From positions 1 to 64,000 of IMG/VR virus record IMGVR_UViG_3300045988_182793: DNA of 64,000 nucleotides; one strand, written 5' to 3'. The stretch comes from a virus. The notes beneath the pieces are model-generated. The model ran no database searches, was not told the origin of the DNA, and saw only the letters and a program-made list of their open reading frames with translations. Position numbers and translations under genes: made by a program. How positions within the stretch are numbered: position 1 is the stretch's first letter; the number at the start of each line of letters is the position of its first letter. Below, piece by piece: positions 29,127 through 38,959 of the stretch.

Positions 29127-31847
29127 ATGACACTGAACGACTTGTCAAGCGAACAGCAGGAATTCGTACATTTGGCATTGTCGGGCAAAAACGTATTGTG
29201 TGACGCCTGCATCGGCAGCGGAAAAACATCGACTATCAACGTACTCTGCGATGCATATCCACCAGAACGGCGTATTTTGTACTTGACCTACAACCGATTA
29301 CTCAAACTTGATGCCAAAGACAAAATCAAGAATGGCAATGTCCTGGTTCAGAACTATCATGGATTTGCAAGCCTGCTGCTGAACAAAAAGGGAATCCGGA
29401 ATTGCGGACAGGGCGAACAGCTTGCCATGGTATTGGAAAAGAAAATTCCGATTCCGCCGATTGATACTCTTATCATTGACGAGTATCAGGATATCAATGA
29501 CGAGATTGCAGAACTGCTCAAATATATCCGCTCTAAGAATCCGGGCCTTCAAATCGTCGCAGTGGGCGATATGAAGCAGAAAATCTACGATGATACAGCG
29601 CTGGATGTCTGGGAGTTCATGCAGGATTTTCTCGGCCGCCATGAACAGGTGGTTTTCACGAAATGCTTCCGTATTTCTCATGACTTGGCAGAACGACTCG
29701 GCAACATCTGGGGCAAGACCATCAACGGCGTAAATAGCTCCTGTATCGTGGAACAGATGTCGGTCGATGAAGTAACAGAGTTCCTGAATAAGCAGAACCC
29801 CAAAAATGTCCTTTGCCTGGGTGCTCGAATTGGAGCCATGACGAAGGTGCTCAACGACTTGGAGAATCGACCGGGGAACCTCTATGACAAGCATCATGTC
29901 TATGCAAGTATCGCAGACAATGACGGGAATAAAGCAGTAGCGCCCTCCTCGGATGTTGGTATCTTCACGACTTTTGACGGCAGCAAAGGTATGGAGCGGC
30001 CTATCTGCGTTGTGTTTGATTTCACGGAAGAATACTGGTCGTCTCGCACAAACAAACCGATGGCACGATATGAGATTCTTCGGAATCTGTTTTGTGTCGC
30101 AGCAAGCCGAGGAAAGCAGCGAATCATTTTCGTAAACTCAGACCATCCGTTGAGCGATAAATCTCTGATGACCCCAACTGAAACTCTTCGCGGATTTCCG
30201 CATCCGTTCGCATTCTCTGAAATGTTTGACCATAAATTCATCGAGGATGTAGATACCTGCTATAAGCTGTTGGAAGTCACACCGATTGAACGTAATGATA
30301 CCACGACCATTGATATCCAGACGGCAGATGCAATGATTGATTTGTCTCCCTGCATCAGTATCTACATGCAGGCAGGATTCTTTAATTCCTACGATATAGA
30401 TGACGCACTTGCGTATTATATGGACCTGCATAAAGACATGCAGTATTTGAAAATCAAGAAGGGCGCAACGGTCGAGGATAAGGTTCTACTGCTCACAGCA
30501 CTCGAAACGAATCAGTGCAGGTATGTAAAACAGGTCAAGCCTCCTTTTGTGAACGCAAAAGCCAAAATGTCGCTCAGTATGCGGCTTGGAACCGTGTTCA
30601 CTCCCGATGAATATGTTCAGGCACGCGGCGATATCGACATTCATACTAAGGACCATAAAGTAATTTATACCTCGGGTCTTGCGGATGTCGTAAAGAATAA
30701 TACCGTCTACTGCATCAAATTCATCAGCAGCCTGGCACATAAGCATTTTCTGCAGTGTGCGTGTTCCATGATGGCATTGGGGTTGCCGTATGGCGTTGTC
30801 TGGAACGTCAAAAGTAACCTGATGTACAGCGTAAAAATCAAGGATATAGACGCTCTGATTGACGCAATTACCAAGTGCATTACGAAACGGGTTTATGATA
30901 GCGCAGATGACTACACCTGCAGGAAAGGTTTTGTACAGGATACCGCGTCGATTATCGACCGATGGACTGACGACGGATATGCGGAAGAGCCCACCACTAT
31001 CACTTCCGGCGACGGTATTGCCATCATCAAGCAAGGAAGCCGCTATTTTGTGATGGACGGAGCACGTCGAAACACCCTGAACGATAATTTCGGGATGGGC
31101 TTTGCCGATGTAAAAGATGCTTGCCTTGCTTATGCAAAGAGTTGTGAACTCCAGAAAATCGTGGACCATGATTCTCCTTATTCCGAAGTCGAATTCTGGC
31201 TCGACCAGAACAAGGCGTTTGAGGAATACATGACGCAAGTAAGCCATGAAATCGAACAGCACAAGGAAGGACCGTATGCAAAGTATAAGTCTCTTGCTGC
31301 TCCCGCTGTCCGAAAGATGCTGGCCGAAAAGGGACTGACCATCATGTTCCCGGAAAAGGTCCTCATCAAGGTCTGGAAGATGCGCCGTGTCGAAGATGCC
31401 ATGTATCAGAAAATTGAAGAAGCAAAGAAGCAGAACAGCTCCAATGTACCGCTTGATGAGGCGTTCTTTGACTCTGAACTGGTGGATTCCGTTGAGGGAA
31501 GCATCGAAAGCGCCAAGGCAAAATCCAAGCCCAAAAAGGAATCCGCATTACCGTTTTCCAAGTACTGCGCAGATGAGAAGAAGAGCTATCGTGTCGTGAA
31601 AAGCGATGAACTCTCAAAGCCCAACCAGCCCCGTTATGTTGTGGTCGAGACCGCTACTGATAAGGTCCTGGACAATGCTAACGGATATGGCTACCTTTCC
31701 TATCAGGCTGCCTGGAAAGGCTATTCGTACAAGAGCAAGCATCATCTGGACGGCACGAAGAAACCGATAAGTAAGAGTGCAAAAGAGCAGGCAAAGAAAA
31801 AGGCGGCTTTCTTTTCAACTGACTCGGAGCAGCTCAGCTTTGGCTGA
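29127..31847 (+). CDS. UvrD/PcrA-like SF1 helicase (N-terminal ~400 aa) fused to ~500-aa unknown C-terminal region
   Basis: motif I CIGSGKTST, II IIDEYQD, III VGDMKQKIY, IV FTKCFR. Confidence 0.75.
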   Translation: MTLNDLSSEQQEFVHLALSGKNVLCDACIGSGKTSTINVLCDAYPPERRILYLTYNRLLKLDAKDKIKNGNVLVQNYHGFASLLLNKKGIRNCGQGEQLAMVLEKKIPIPPIDTLIIDEYQDINDEIAELLKYIRSKNPGLQIVAVGDMKQKIYDDTALDVWEFMQDFLGRHEQVVFTKCFRISHDLAERLGNIWGKTINGVNSSCIVEQMSVDEVTEFLNKQNPKNVLCLGARIGAMTKVLNDLENRPGNLYDKHHVYASIADNDGNKAVAPSSDVGIFTTFDGSKGMERPICVVFDFTEEYWSSRTNKPMARYEILRNLFCVAASRGKQRIIFVNSDHPLSDKSLMTPTETLRGFPHPFAFSEMFDHKFIEDVDTCYKLLEVTPIERNDTTTIDIQTADAMIDLSPCISIYMQAGFFNSYDIDDALAYYMDLHKDMQYLKIKKGATVEDKVLLLTALETNQCRYVKQVKPPFVNAKAKMSLSMRLGTVFTPDEYVQARGDIDIHTKDHKVIYTSGLADVVKNNTVYCIKFISSLAHKHFLQCACSMMALGLPYGVVWNVKSNLMYSVKIKDIDALIDAITKCITKRVYDSADDYTCRKGFVQDTASIIDRWTDDGYAEEPTTITSGDGIAIIKQGSRYFVMDGARRNTLNDNFGMGFADVKDACLAYAKSCELQKIVDHDSPYSEVEFWLDQNKAFEEYMTQVSHEIEQHKEGPYAKYKSLAAPAVRKMLAEKGLTIMFPEKVLIKVWKMRRVEDAMYQKIEEAKKQNSSNVPLDEAFFDSELVDSVEGSIESAKAKSKPKKESALPFSKYCADEKKSYRVVKSDELSKPNQPRYVVVETATDKVLDNANGYGYLSYQAAWKGYSYKSKHHLDGTKKPISKSAKEQAKKKAAFFSTDSEQLSFG

Positions 31848-31894
31848 TTCAGAAAATCAACAACAGATTTCACAATTAAAAGGAGGAGGAAATC

Positions 31895-32668
31895 ATGGCA
31901 GCCAAAAAGGATAAGATGATTCCGTCTGAGAAAGAACGGAAAAGAGCACTGAAATATGCGACCCCGGCAGGTACGGGTCGGATGTGGGTAACAATGGGAA
32001 TCGCCTTTATAATTATCGGCATTATCTTGCTGCTGATTCCAATTGGCCTTGTTATCTCGGAGGCATCAGCGCAGAGATACGACCCCGAAAGCATCCATAC
32101 AGCAACACTTGTATTCTATCTGCTTGGTGCATTTTTTGGTTTCTGCGGATGTTTATGCGTTATCTTTGGTAAGCTTGCCGTCAAAGCATTTGCGAAAATA
32201 CTGTGCAAGGGTGAAATTAACTATCCGGTAGCGGAATACAAAACACCTAAGAAACTGCTGCTTCAAGAGGCAGCAGCTATCAACCAGAGTCCGAATGCTC
32301 CATTGACAGCTTCCACATTCGGGAACTGGATTGATTTTGAAGCCGATTGGCAAAACTGCCTTTCCATTCATAATGGCATCTTGCAGAGTCATCAGATTTT
32401 CAAAAAACTGATTCTTGTACAAGACAATTTTACTTACAAAGAGCTGGACTACGAGAATAACTCGGAACTCGGCGTCGGAGTCAAAACATTCGCCGCAGGA
32501 AGCACAACGACCATCGGCAAAATGAAAGGCCACAAGCTCATTTATAATATCGGCATGAATCTTTCCAATGGCAAACTGGGAGTTAACAGCTATTCCATCG
32601 ATACATTGGACGTCACGAATGAAGTACATAAATGGTTAGCTGACCACGGATACACCCGCACAGACTAA
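31895..32668 (+). CDS. membrane protein (2 TM N-terminus, 257 aa)
   Basis: RBS AGGAGGAGGA; hydrophobic helices. Confidence 0.5.
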   Translation: MAAKKDKMIPSEKERKRALKYATPAGTGRMWVTMGIAFIIIGIILLLIPIGLVISEASAQRYDPESIHTATLVFYLLGAFFGFCGCLCVIFGKLAVKAFAKILCKGEINYPVAEYKTPKKLLLQEAAAINQSPNAPLTASTFGNWIDFEADWQNCLSIHNGILQSHQIFKKLILVQDNFTYKELDYENNSELGVGVKTFAAGSTTTIGKMKGHKLIYNIGMNLSNGKLGVNSYSIDTLDVTNEVHKWLADHGYTRTD

Positions 32669-32679
32669 GAAATAGCTTT

Positions 32680-32820
32680 GTTCGTTGTCGATACTTCCGG
32701 TTCAATGCGCGGAGAGCCTCTCAATGCACTGAAAACAACCATGATTAACACCATCCAGTATATCAATGACGACAACTATATCGGCATCCTCGATGAGTTG
32801 CTGGATATTCTTAACGATAA
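32680..32820 (+). pseudogene. remnant of vWA gene (110 bp ~88% identical to 10861-10970) with divergent tail
   Basis: direct comparison of gttcgttgtcgatacttccgg...tatcggcatc at both loci. Confidence 0.7.
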
Positions 32821-32884
32821 ATAATTGATTTTTACACCTCCGATGTTACGGCATCGGGGGTTTTGTTTTTGGGAGGATACGGAG

Positions 32885-33931
32885 ATGGCAAAGAACGATA
32901 ACCTGCATAAGGCAAAGGACGCAAAAAACGACGAGTTCTACACCAGAATCGAGGATGTCGCAGAGGAATTGCGGCACTACAAAAAGCATTTCGCAGGCAA
33001 GGTCGTATTCTGCAACTGTGATGACCCGACATGGTCTGCTTTCTGGCGGTATTTCCACCTGAACTTCGCCGAACTTGGTCTAAAGAAGCTGATTTCCACG
33101 CACTATGACCGCACCGAGCCCACCTACAAGATGGAGTATGAGGGTGGGGATGATAATGATGTGGAAGTCGGTGTAAAAACCCCGCTGGAAGGCAACGGCG
33201 ATTTCCGGAGCAAGGAATGCCTTGACTTGCTGGATGAGTGCGATATCGTGGTAACGAATCCGCCGTGGTCAATGTTCAGAGAATATGTCTCGCTCTTAGT
33301 GGAGCACAAAAAGCAGTTTGTTATCATTGGCAATAAGAACTCCATTACATACAAAGAATTTTTCCCGCTTTTGAAGGACAATCATGTTTGGATTGGCTAC
33401 ATGTCCCCGTCTGAATTCGATACGCCGTCTGGAATGACAAAGAAAGTCGCCGGTCTTGGGCGTTGGTTCACCAACCTCGACATCCAAAAGCGCCACGAAA
33501 AGCTGATTCTCTGGCAGCGGTACTATGACGATGACGGGAATCCTCTGCCGGATGCGGATGAGCGCTACCCCCACTACGATAATTACGACGCCATCAATGT
33601 GGACAGGGTTGCGGATATCCCGGTGGATTACAAGGGCGTTATGGGTGTGCCGATTACGTTCTTGGATAAGTATAATCCGAAAGAATTTGAAATTTTAGGC
33701 TATACAGGCGGTTTGGGATGGAATAGCCAAAACGATGTAAAAACCACAAAAGAATATTTGGAATGTAAGCAGCACAACCCAGACGGTAGTATTACAAGTG
33801 GGGGCAAAGTCAATACTGGCGCTGCATTGTGCTTTAGTGTAATTCCTGCACAAAGATACTATACGGCATCAAATTGCAGCGGGTATTTACTCAGAACATA
33901 CGGACGAATTCTTGTTTGCAAGACGCAATGA
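32885..33931 (+). CDS. EcoRI-family adenine-N6 DNA methyltransferase
   Basis: N-term MAKNDNLHKAKDAKNDEFYT parallels M.EcoRI N-terminus; motif IV VVTNPPWS. Confidence 0.8.
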   Translation: MAKNDNLHKAKDAKNDEFYTRIEDVAEELRHYKKHFAGKVVFCNCDDPTWSAFWRYFHLNFAELGLKKLISTHYDRTEPTYKMEYEGGDDNDVEVGVKTPLEGNGDFRSKECLDLLDECDIVVTNPPWSMFREYVSLLVEHKKQFVIIGNKNSITYKEFFPLLKDNHVWIGYMSPSEFDTPSGMTKKVAGLGRWFTNLDIQKRHEKLILWQRYYDDDGNPLPDADERYPHYDNYDAINVDRVADIPVDYKGVMGVPITFLDKYNPKEFEILGYTGGLGWNSQNDVKTTKEYLECKQHNPDGSITSGGKVNTGAALCFSVIPAQRYYTASNCSGYLLRTYGRILVCKTQ

Positions 33932-34755
33932 AAGGGAAAAATGGAATGGATATAAAATGGGAAATTGCCTTTTATTTAATTGAAGCAAAAAAGGCTGTCG
34001 ATTCTTTATGGTATATATCAAACCATGTCAGCGAATTATATGATGTCAGGCAATTATGCAACGATAGACGAAGTCAGTATTACATTAACACCTGTGCCGT
34101 CTTAGATAAAACTGTGTGTGATGGTAAAGGAAAGAAAAAGGAATTAACGCAAAACGACAATGTTATTGCGCACATCTATTACGAAAGAGATAAGCACTAC
34201 GCTCACAAAGATAGTGATTATAAACAAAACTATCCGTGGACAAATTTGGAACAAGAAGCGTTTGCATTACAAGAGGAATTGCGCCACATTTTAGAAAAAT
34301 GTAAGGATTATCTTCCACAAGTGCTTACACTCGACTTTGTATGTTATGACAGCGTCCAATATCGATATATCAATAAAATTGGCAAAAGTGATGAAGAAAA
34401 AATCAAAGAAGAAAAACATCCTTTTTATAACAATCCGTTCCAATTGAATGCAAAGCCGATAAGAAAGAAACCTATATATGATATTGAGGCTATTAAAAGT
34501 ATCCCTGATAATAAACATAATGAGTATTGTGTTGTCATAGAAAGCGGTTTGACGTTTGAAGAAGATTTACAAAATAGGCAAGATGCTTTAATCAAGTTGA
34601 ATATGCTGTGCGGCAAAAATCTTTGGTGCAGAAAGAATGAATCGATGTGGAATGAATGTCTTAGATTACGGGAATTAGGGATATTTGACGCCTTTGGAAG
34701 ACTAAATTGCAGAAGAATTATAGAAGAAATAGAGAAAGGAAACAACATCTTATGA
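33928..34755 (+). CDS. hypothetical protein, AT-rich, translationally coupled between MTase and DUF262-HNH
   Basis: ATGA overlaps at both ends (33928/33931 and 34752/34755); low GC. Confidence 0.5.
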   Translation: MKGKNGMDIKWEIAFYLIEAKKAVDSLWYISNHVSELYDVRQLCNDRRSQYYINTCAVLDKTVCDGKGKKKELTQNDNVIAHIYYERDKHYAHKDSDYKQNYPWTNLEQEAFALQEELRHILEKCKDYLPQVLTLDFVCYDSVQYRYINKIGKSDEEKIKEEKHPFYNNPFQLNAKPIRKKPIYDIEAIKSIPDNKHNEYCVVIESGLTFEEDLQNRQDALIKLNMLCGKNLWCRKNESMWNECLRLRELGIFDAFGRLNCRRIIEEIEKGNNIL

Positions 34756-35888
34756 AAATTACAGAAACCAAAATCAAGGTATCCGACCTCGTAGAGAACT
34801 ATTCGAACGATGGAGACGGCGGCGTATACGGTTACAACAATCGGCTCACGATTAGGCCGAGCTACCAAAGAAATTTCTGCTTCTCCGATAAACAGCGTGC
34901 AGCCGTCATTGATTCAGTGATGAACGGATTTCCATTGAACCTTATGTACTGGTCTAAGACCGGTCCGGATTCCTACGAGGTTCTCGATGGTCAGCAGCGG
35001 ACAATTTCCATTGCGCAGTATGTCAACAAAGACTACCCCGTCAAAATCAACGGCAATGACAAGTTCTTCCAGAACCTGACAGACGAGGAAAAGCGGACGA
35101 TACTGGACTACGAGTTGACCGTGAATATCTGTGAGGGCTCCGAAGCCGAGAAACTGGCATGGTTCAAGCGCATCAACATCGCTGGAGAAGTTCTGACTCC
35201 GCAAGAGCTGCTGAACGCTACCTATACAGGTCCGTGGCTGGCTGATGCAAAGAACTACTTATCAAAGCGCAACTGTGTGGCCGCGAAGATGGCTGATGGT
35301 TACTTGAAAGGGAACCCTATTCGGCAGGAGTTGCTGGAAAAGGCACTGGCGTGGATTGCTGACCGTGATGGTCTGGAATCCGGGCAGATGTACATGGCGG
35401 TTCACCAGCATGACGAGGACGCCAATGACCTCTGGCTTTACTTCCAGTCGGTAATCAACTGGGCAAAAATGCTGTTCCCGACTAAGCGGAAGGGAATTAC
35501 GGATGCACAGGCATGGGGACTGCTCTACAACCAATATCATTCAAAGCAGTACAATAGCAACGCTTTGGAAACGGACATTAAGAAACTCGTACTGGATGAT
35601 GATGTAACTAAGAAGGCAGGCATCATCCCGTTCATCCTCTCTGACCGTATTTGGCGTGATGAAAAGCACCTGTCCCTTCGTGCGTTTACTGAATCTCAGA
35701 AGCTTCGCGCCTATGAGCGGCAGGGTCACAAGTGCCCCTTGTGCGTTGCAAATGGCATCAACACCGAGTATGCCTTTGAGGATATGGAAGGTGACCACAT
35801 CATTCCTTGGAGCAAGGGCGGGCATACCACAGACAATAACCTGCAGATGCTGTGCAAGAAGTGCAATGCGGCAAAGTCGGATAAATAA
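34752..35888 (+). CDS. DUF262 (ParB-like DGQQR) + C-terminal HNH nuclease (GmrSD-like)
   Basis: LDGQQRTISIAQ; C-term GDHIIPWSKGGHTTDNNLQMLCKKCNAAK. Confidence 0.8.
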   Translation: MKITETKIKVSDLVENYSNDGDGGVYGYNNRLTIRPSYQRNFCFSDKQRAAVIDSVMNGFPLNLMYWSKTGPDSYEVLDGQQRTISIAQYVNKDYPVKINGNDKFFQNLTDEEKRTILDYELTVNICEGSEAEKLAWFKRINIAGEVLTPQELLNATYTGPWLADAKNYLSKRNCVAAKMADGYLKGNPIRQELLEKALAWIADRDGLESGQMYMAVHQHDEDANDLWLYFQSVINWAKMLFPTKRKGITDAQAWGLLYNQYHSKQYNSNALETDIKKLVLDDDVTKKAGIIPFILSDRIWRDEKHLSLRAFTESQKLRAYERQGHKCPLCVANGINTEYAFEDMEGDHIIPWSKGGHTTDNNLQMLCKKCNAAKSDK

Positions 35889-35900
35889 GGAGAAATTAAA

Positions 35901-36266
35901 ATGGATATTTTCGAGAAATTAGCAGAATTTAGTAATGAAACTTTTAGCGCATTGAAATGGATTTTTCTTTTCATAAGTTGCGTTACATTTTTCGCATTGC
36001 CCTTTAAGATGAAGCCTTCAAAAAAAGATGTATCAAAAGCAGTGACTTTTAGTAGTGCTGTTTCCTTCGCTGTTACAGCGTGTGGATTTGTGTACGCTGA
36101 CATTCTTGATATGGTATGGAAATTGATTGGTTGTAATGCTGGAATATTTGTAACCATTGTTGGAATACTGTTTGCAATTCTCGCGTTGTTTTCTGCGGTT
36201 GGCTTTGTATGCTCTTTTGAAGACATGGCAAGGTCATTTTATAATAGAATATACAAAAACAAATAA
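35901..36266 (+). CDS. small membrane protein (121 aa, AT-rich)
   Basis: 3 predicted TM helices. Confidence 0.45.
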   Translation: MDIFEKLAEFSNETFSALKWIFLFISCVTFFALPFKMKPSKKDVSKAVTFSSAVSFAVTACGFVYADILDMVWKLIGCNAGIFVTIVGILFAILALFSAVGFVCSFEDMARSFYNRIYKNK

Positions 36267-36335
36267 GGCGGCAAAATGCAGCGATTTTTGTTTGAAACCA
36301 ATGTATTGACTGAATAGTATCATTAAAATGGGGCT

Positions 36336-36440
36336 TGCGCAATTCTCAAAACATGCTATAATACAGACGTCACAACAAGTTCTAAACCTCCTATTGTAAT
36401 CAGTATCACACTGGCTGCGGTAGGAGGTTTTTTGTTTTGA
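36336..36440 (+). ncRNA. candidate small RNA: TTGCGC-17-TATAAT promoter then ~65-nt transcript ending in AACCTCCT..AGGAGGTT hairpin + T-run
   Basis: seen in sequence; no ORF. Confidence 0.35.
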
Positions 36441-36604
36441 TGGAAGGAGTAACAACAGATTGGTTTTTTGAATTCCGTGTAAAGCATGAGAGTGTAGTAT
36501 GGATGAATATGTCAAAAAACCTTTCGGTAACCTGGACATCAGAAGCCTCGACACTGGAAATGATATAGACATAAACCTGCGAACGTATAAAAAGGAATTG
36601 GAAA

Positions 36605-37261
36605 ATGAATAATTACGAAAAAGCCAAATCAAAATTAAATATCACAAAAGCAGCTAATAAAGAAATCGAACGTATCGCCGAAGAAAAGCAAGGTGATAAA
36701 AATAGAGTTTTAGCAGCAAAAGAAATGCTGACGTATTATCTCGGAGATATCAAACGGCTACTAAGGAAAGAAAAGCATTCTGCAGATGATGCACTACTAC
36801 TTATAATAAAAGCAAATATGTGTATGGATGCAATTAGATATTTGCTGAGTCTAAAACAAGGAAACGAATACTTAGGACTGCTAACAGAAAGTCAAAAAGC
36901 AAGTATAAAGCGATTCCGCTCATTGCGTAGCATTGCTACAGCCCACCCTTTTAACACATCGAGTGGAGGGGAGGAAAACTTTGGTAGAGGGGGTACTGAA
37001 TGGTTTGTCGATATTCGGCCTTATGGATGGTGCGACGACTTTTTATCTGAATCAAGTTATGGTTTTTGTGAAGACGAATCTTTTAGTTGTTCTGAAAAGC
37101 CGGATTTTGTCATGATAGTGTACAGCGCAAACAACGATTCTCGGCATAGAAGAAAAATATATATCTATAAAGATATTATTGAACCCCTTATAATGTCTGT
37201 CGAATTTCTAAATAAAGAAATCAAAAAGCAAAATCACGGCACCGTAACTCCTGACACATAA
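36605..37261 (+). CDS. hypothetical protein, AT-rich, possible HEPN-like Rx5H motif (RSIATAH)
   Basis: ORF; motif match is weak. Confidence 0.4.
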   Translation: MNNYEKAKSKLNITKAANKEIERIAEEKQGDKNRVLAAKEMLTYYLGDIKRLLRKEKHSADDALLLIIKANMCMDAIRYLLSLKQGNEYLGLLTESQKASIKRFRSLRSIATAHPFNTSSGGEENFGRGGTEWFVDIRPYGWCDDFLSESSYGFCEDESFSCSEKPDFVMIVYSANNDSRHRRKIYIYKDIIEPLIMSVEFLNKEIKKQNHGTVTPDT

Positions 37262-37511
37262 CCAGAACTATCGCGGTCTTCATCCCGGCACTCGATGTCG
37301 AGGTGGATGTCCAGCCTTCCAAATATATCCATCCAGAGCGTCTTCGTTCTCACAGAGGATTTTGGCAACTTAGATATTGACTGAGTTATTGATAATGATA
37401 ATTGCATATCAAGAAAATGAATGGTATAATGTAAATAATACAAACCGCCATCCCGCACCAAATTCAAATACCAACAACCAAAACAAATCTCATTACGAAA
37501 GGAGTCATACC

Positions 37512-37976
37512 ATGTCCACCCTCAAAAACGGCGAGTTCGGCATCGATTTGGACAAGGAGAAAATTCTCTGGACTGACCGCAAACGCCACACCATCTTTTC
37601 TCTGCCGCTGTCCTTTACAAAGTACACCCTGACTGAGACCAAACTCATCATCCAGCGTGGCTGCTTCAACCTGCGCGAGGATGAGATTCAGCTGTACCGT
37701 GTCCGGGACATCGCGTTCAAGCAGAACTTCTATGAGCGCCTTTGCCGTGTCGGCAGCATCCATCTCTGCTCCACGGATGCCATGACACCGGAAATCGATA
37801 TCCGTCGTATCAAGAACCCGCGCGATGTCAAGGAAGTGCTTTCTAAGACCATCGAGGCTTGCCGAAAAGCCAATGGTATCCGCACTTCGGAAATCATCGG
37901 GGACCATGGTCGCTTTCCCGAGCCTGACCCGCATGGTATGCCGCCTGAACCCTGCCACGAACATCCTCATGACTAA
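37512..37976 (+). CDS. hypothetical protein (bacterial PH-like?)
   Basis: extended -10 TGGTATAAT at ~37413. Confidence 0.45.
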   Translation: MSTLKNGEFGIDLDKEKILWTDRKRHTIFSLPLSFTKYTLTETKLIIQRGCFNLREDEIQLYRVRDIAFKQNFYERLCRVGSIHLCSTDAMTPEIDIRRIKNPRDVKEVLSKTIEACRKANGIRTSEIIGDHGRFPEPDPHGMPPEPCHEHPHD

Positions 37977-37980
37977 TACC

Positions 37981-38020
37981 AGCCCGTACAGATTCAGTTC
38001 TGTGCGGGCTATTTTTTTGT
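37981..38020 (+). terminator. rho-independent terminator
   Basis: AGCCCGTACAG...CTGTGCGGGCT + T8. Confidence 0.75.
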
Positions 38021-38379
38021 TTACAAAGAAATTTTTGGGTGGTGAGGCAGTTGACCAGCTATGCGAGCGGCTTAGAATTATAAGTGCAATAAGCAAACAC
38101 ACATCGACACAGTCAACAACCCCGCCAAAACCGGCTGAACCAGTATTATAAGACTGCCACCGGGCAACGGGTTGCCAAGCGTGTCAACAATGGGGATTTC
38201 CCGTACAATGTTTACGATGCCAACGGCGGTATCGTGAAACCCGAAACCAAGAAAACCAAGAAAGCTGGGTAATGCCATCAACTTGAGTCTTTGCAGCTGT
38301 ATGGATGTTGCAAAGCTCAGATATAATCCCGGAATTCTGATAATACGCATGGAAAATTGTTGCAAGGAGGACGAAAGCT

Positions 38380-38655
38380 ATGAATGAATTCAAAGCAAGG
38401 AGCACGCTGGGAAGCGAGGCTGTCCCGGTTTTCGACGATGACGGTGAGCTCACGGAATGGCTGCACCGGGACAACTATACTGTCGAGGAATTGGAACTGA
38501 TGAACTTTGTCGGCGATGAAAAGCCCGTCATCAAAAAGGATGGCGTGAAAATCATCCGGGATGGCACGGTCATTCGGAGGACCAACACTGAAACAAGAAA
38601 AACTGAATTTCTATTCATCCCGCGCATTGTCACCAGCGAACAGAAAACGGTGTGA
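38380..38655 (+). CDS. hypothetical protein (91 aa)
   Basis: RBS AAGGAGGA. Confidence 0.45.
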   Translation: MNEFKARSTLGSEAVPVFDDDGELTEWLHRDNYTVEELELMNFVGDEKPVIKKDGVKIIRDGTVIRRTNTETRKTEFLFIPRIVTSEQKTV

Positions 38656-38945
38656 GGTGCAACGTGGTCAAAATTTATGGGTCCAGTGACGACCTTGTCT
38701 GCCTGGATAATTCCAACTATGGGGTCGATGAAATTGGTTGCTTCGATGTCAAGGGAGTCCGGCTGTTCTTGGATGATGACACGATTTTGGTAGTGCGCTA
38801 TACGAACGGTATCTGGCGCATCGAAATCGAGCGAAAGGGTACTGCACCATATCAGCATGAGGTCTGTGCGGGCAATGATGAGGCCGATTACAGCGATATC
38901 TTTTGTACGGAATCCGACGTTATTGCGCACGAAATCATTCGATGA
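38652..38945 (+). CDS. hypothetical protein (97 aa)
   Basis: overlapping stop/start with upstream. Confidence 0.45.
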   Translation: MRCNVVKIYGSSDDLVCLDNSNYGVDEIGCFDVKGVRLFLDDDTILVVRYTNGIWRIEIERKGTAPYQHEVCAGNDEADYSDIFCTESDVIAHEIIR

Positions 38946-38959
38946 GGATTGGAGCAGCC

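Noticed and set aside
30486-31262. 258-aa minus-strand ORF inside UvrD-like gene
   Set aside because: Antisense to a gene with conserved helicase motifs. No RBS.
38140-38270. Possible C-terminal gene fragment (…GDFPYNVYDANGGIVKPETKKTKKAG stop) in an intergenic region
   Set aside because: Under 45 codons, no start or RBS, no family assignable. Noted only as a possible remnant.
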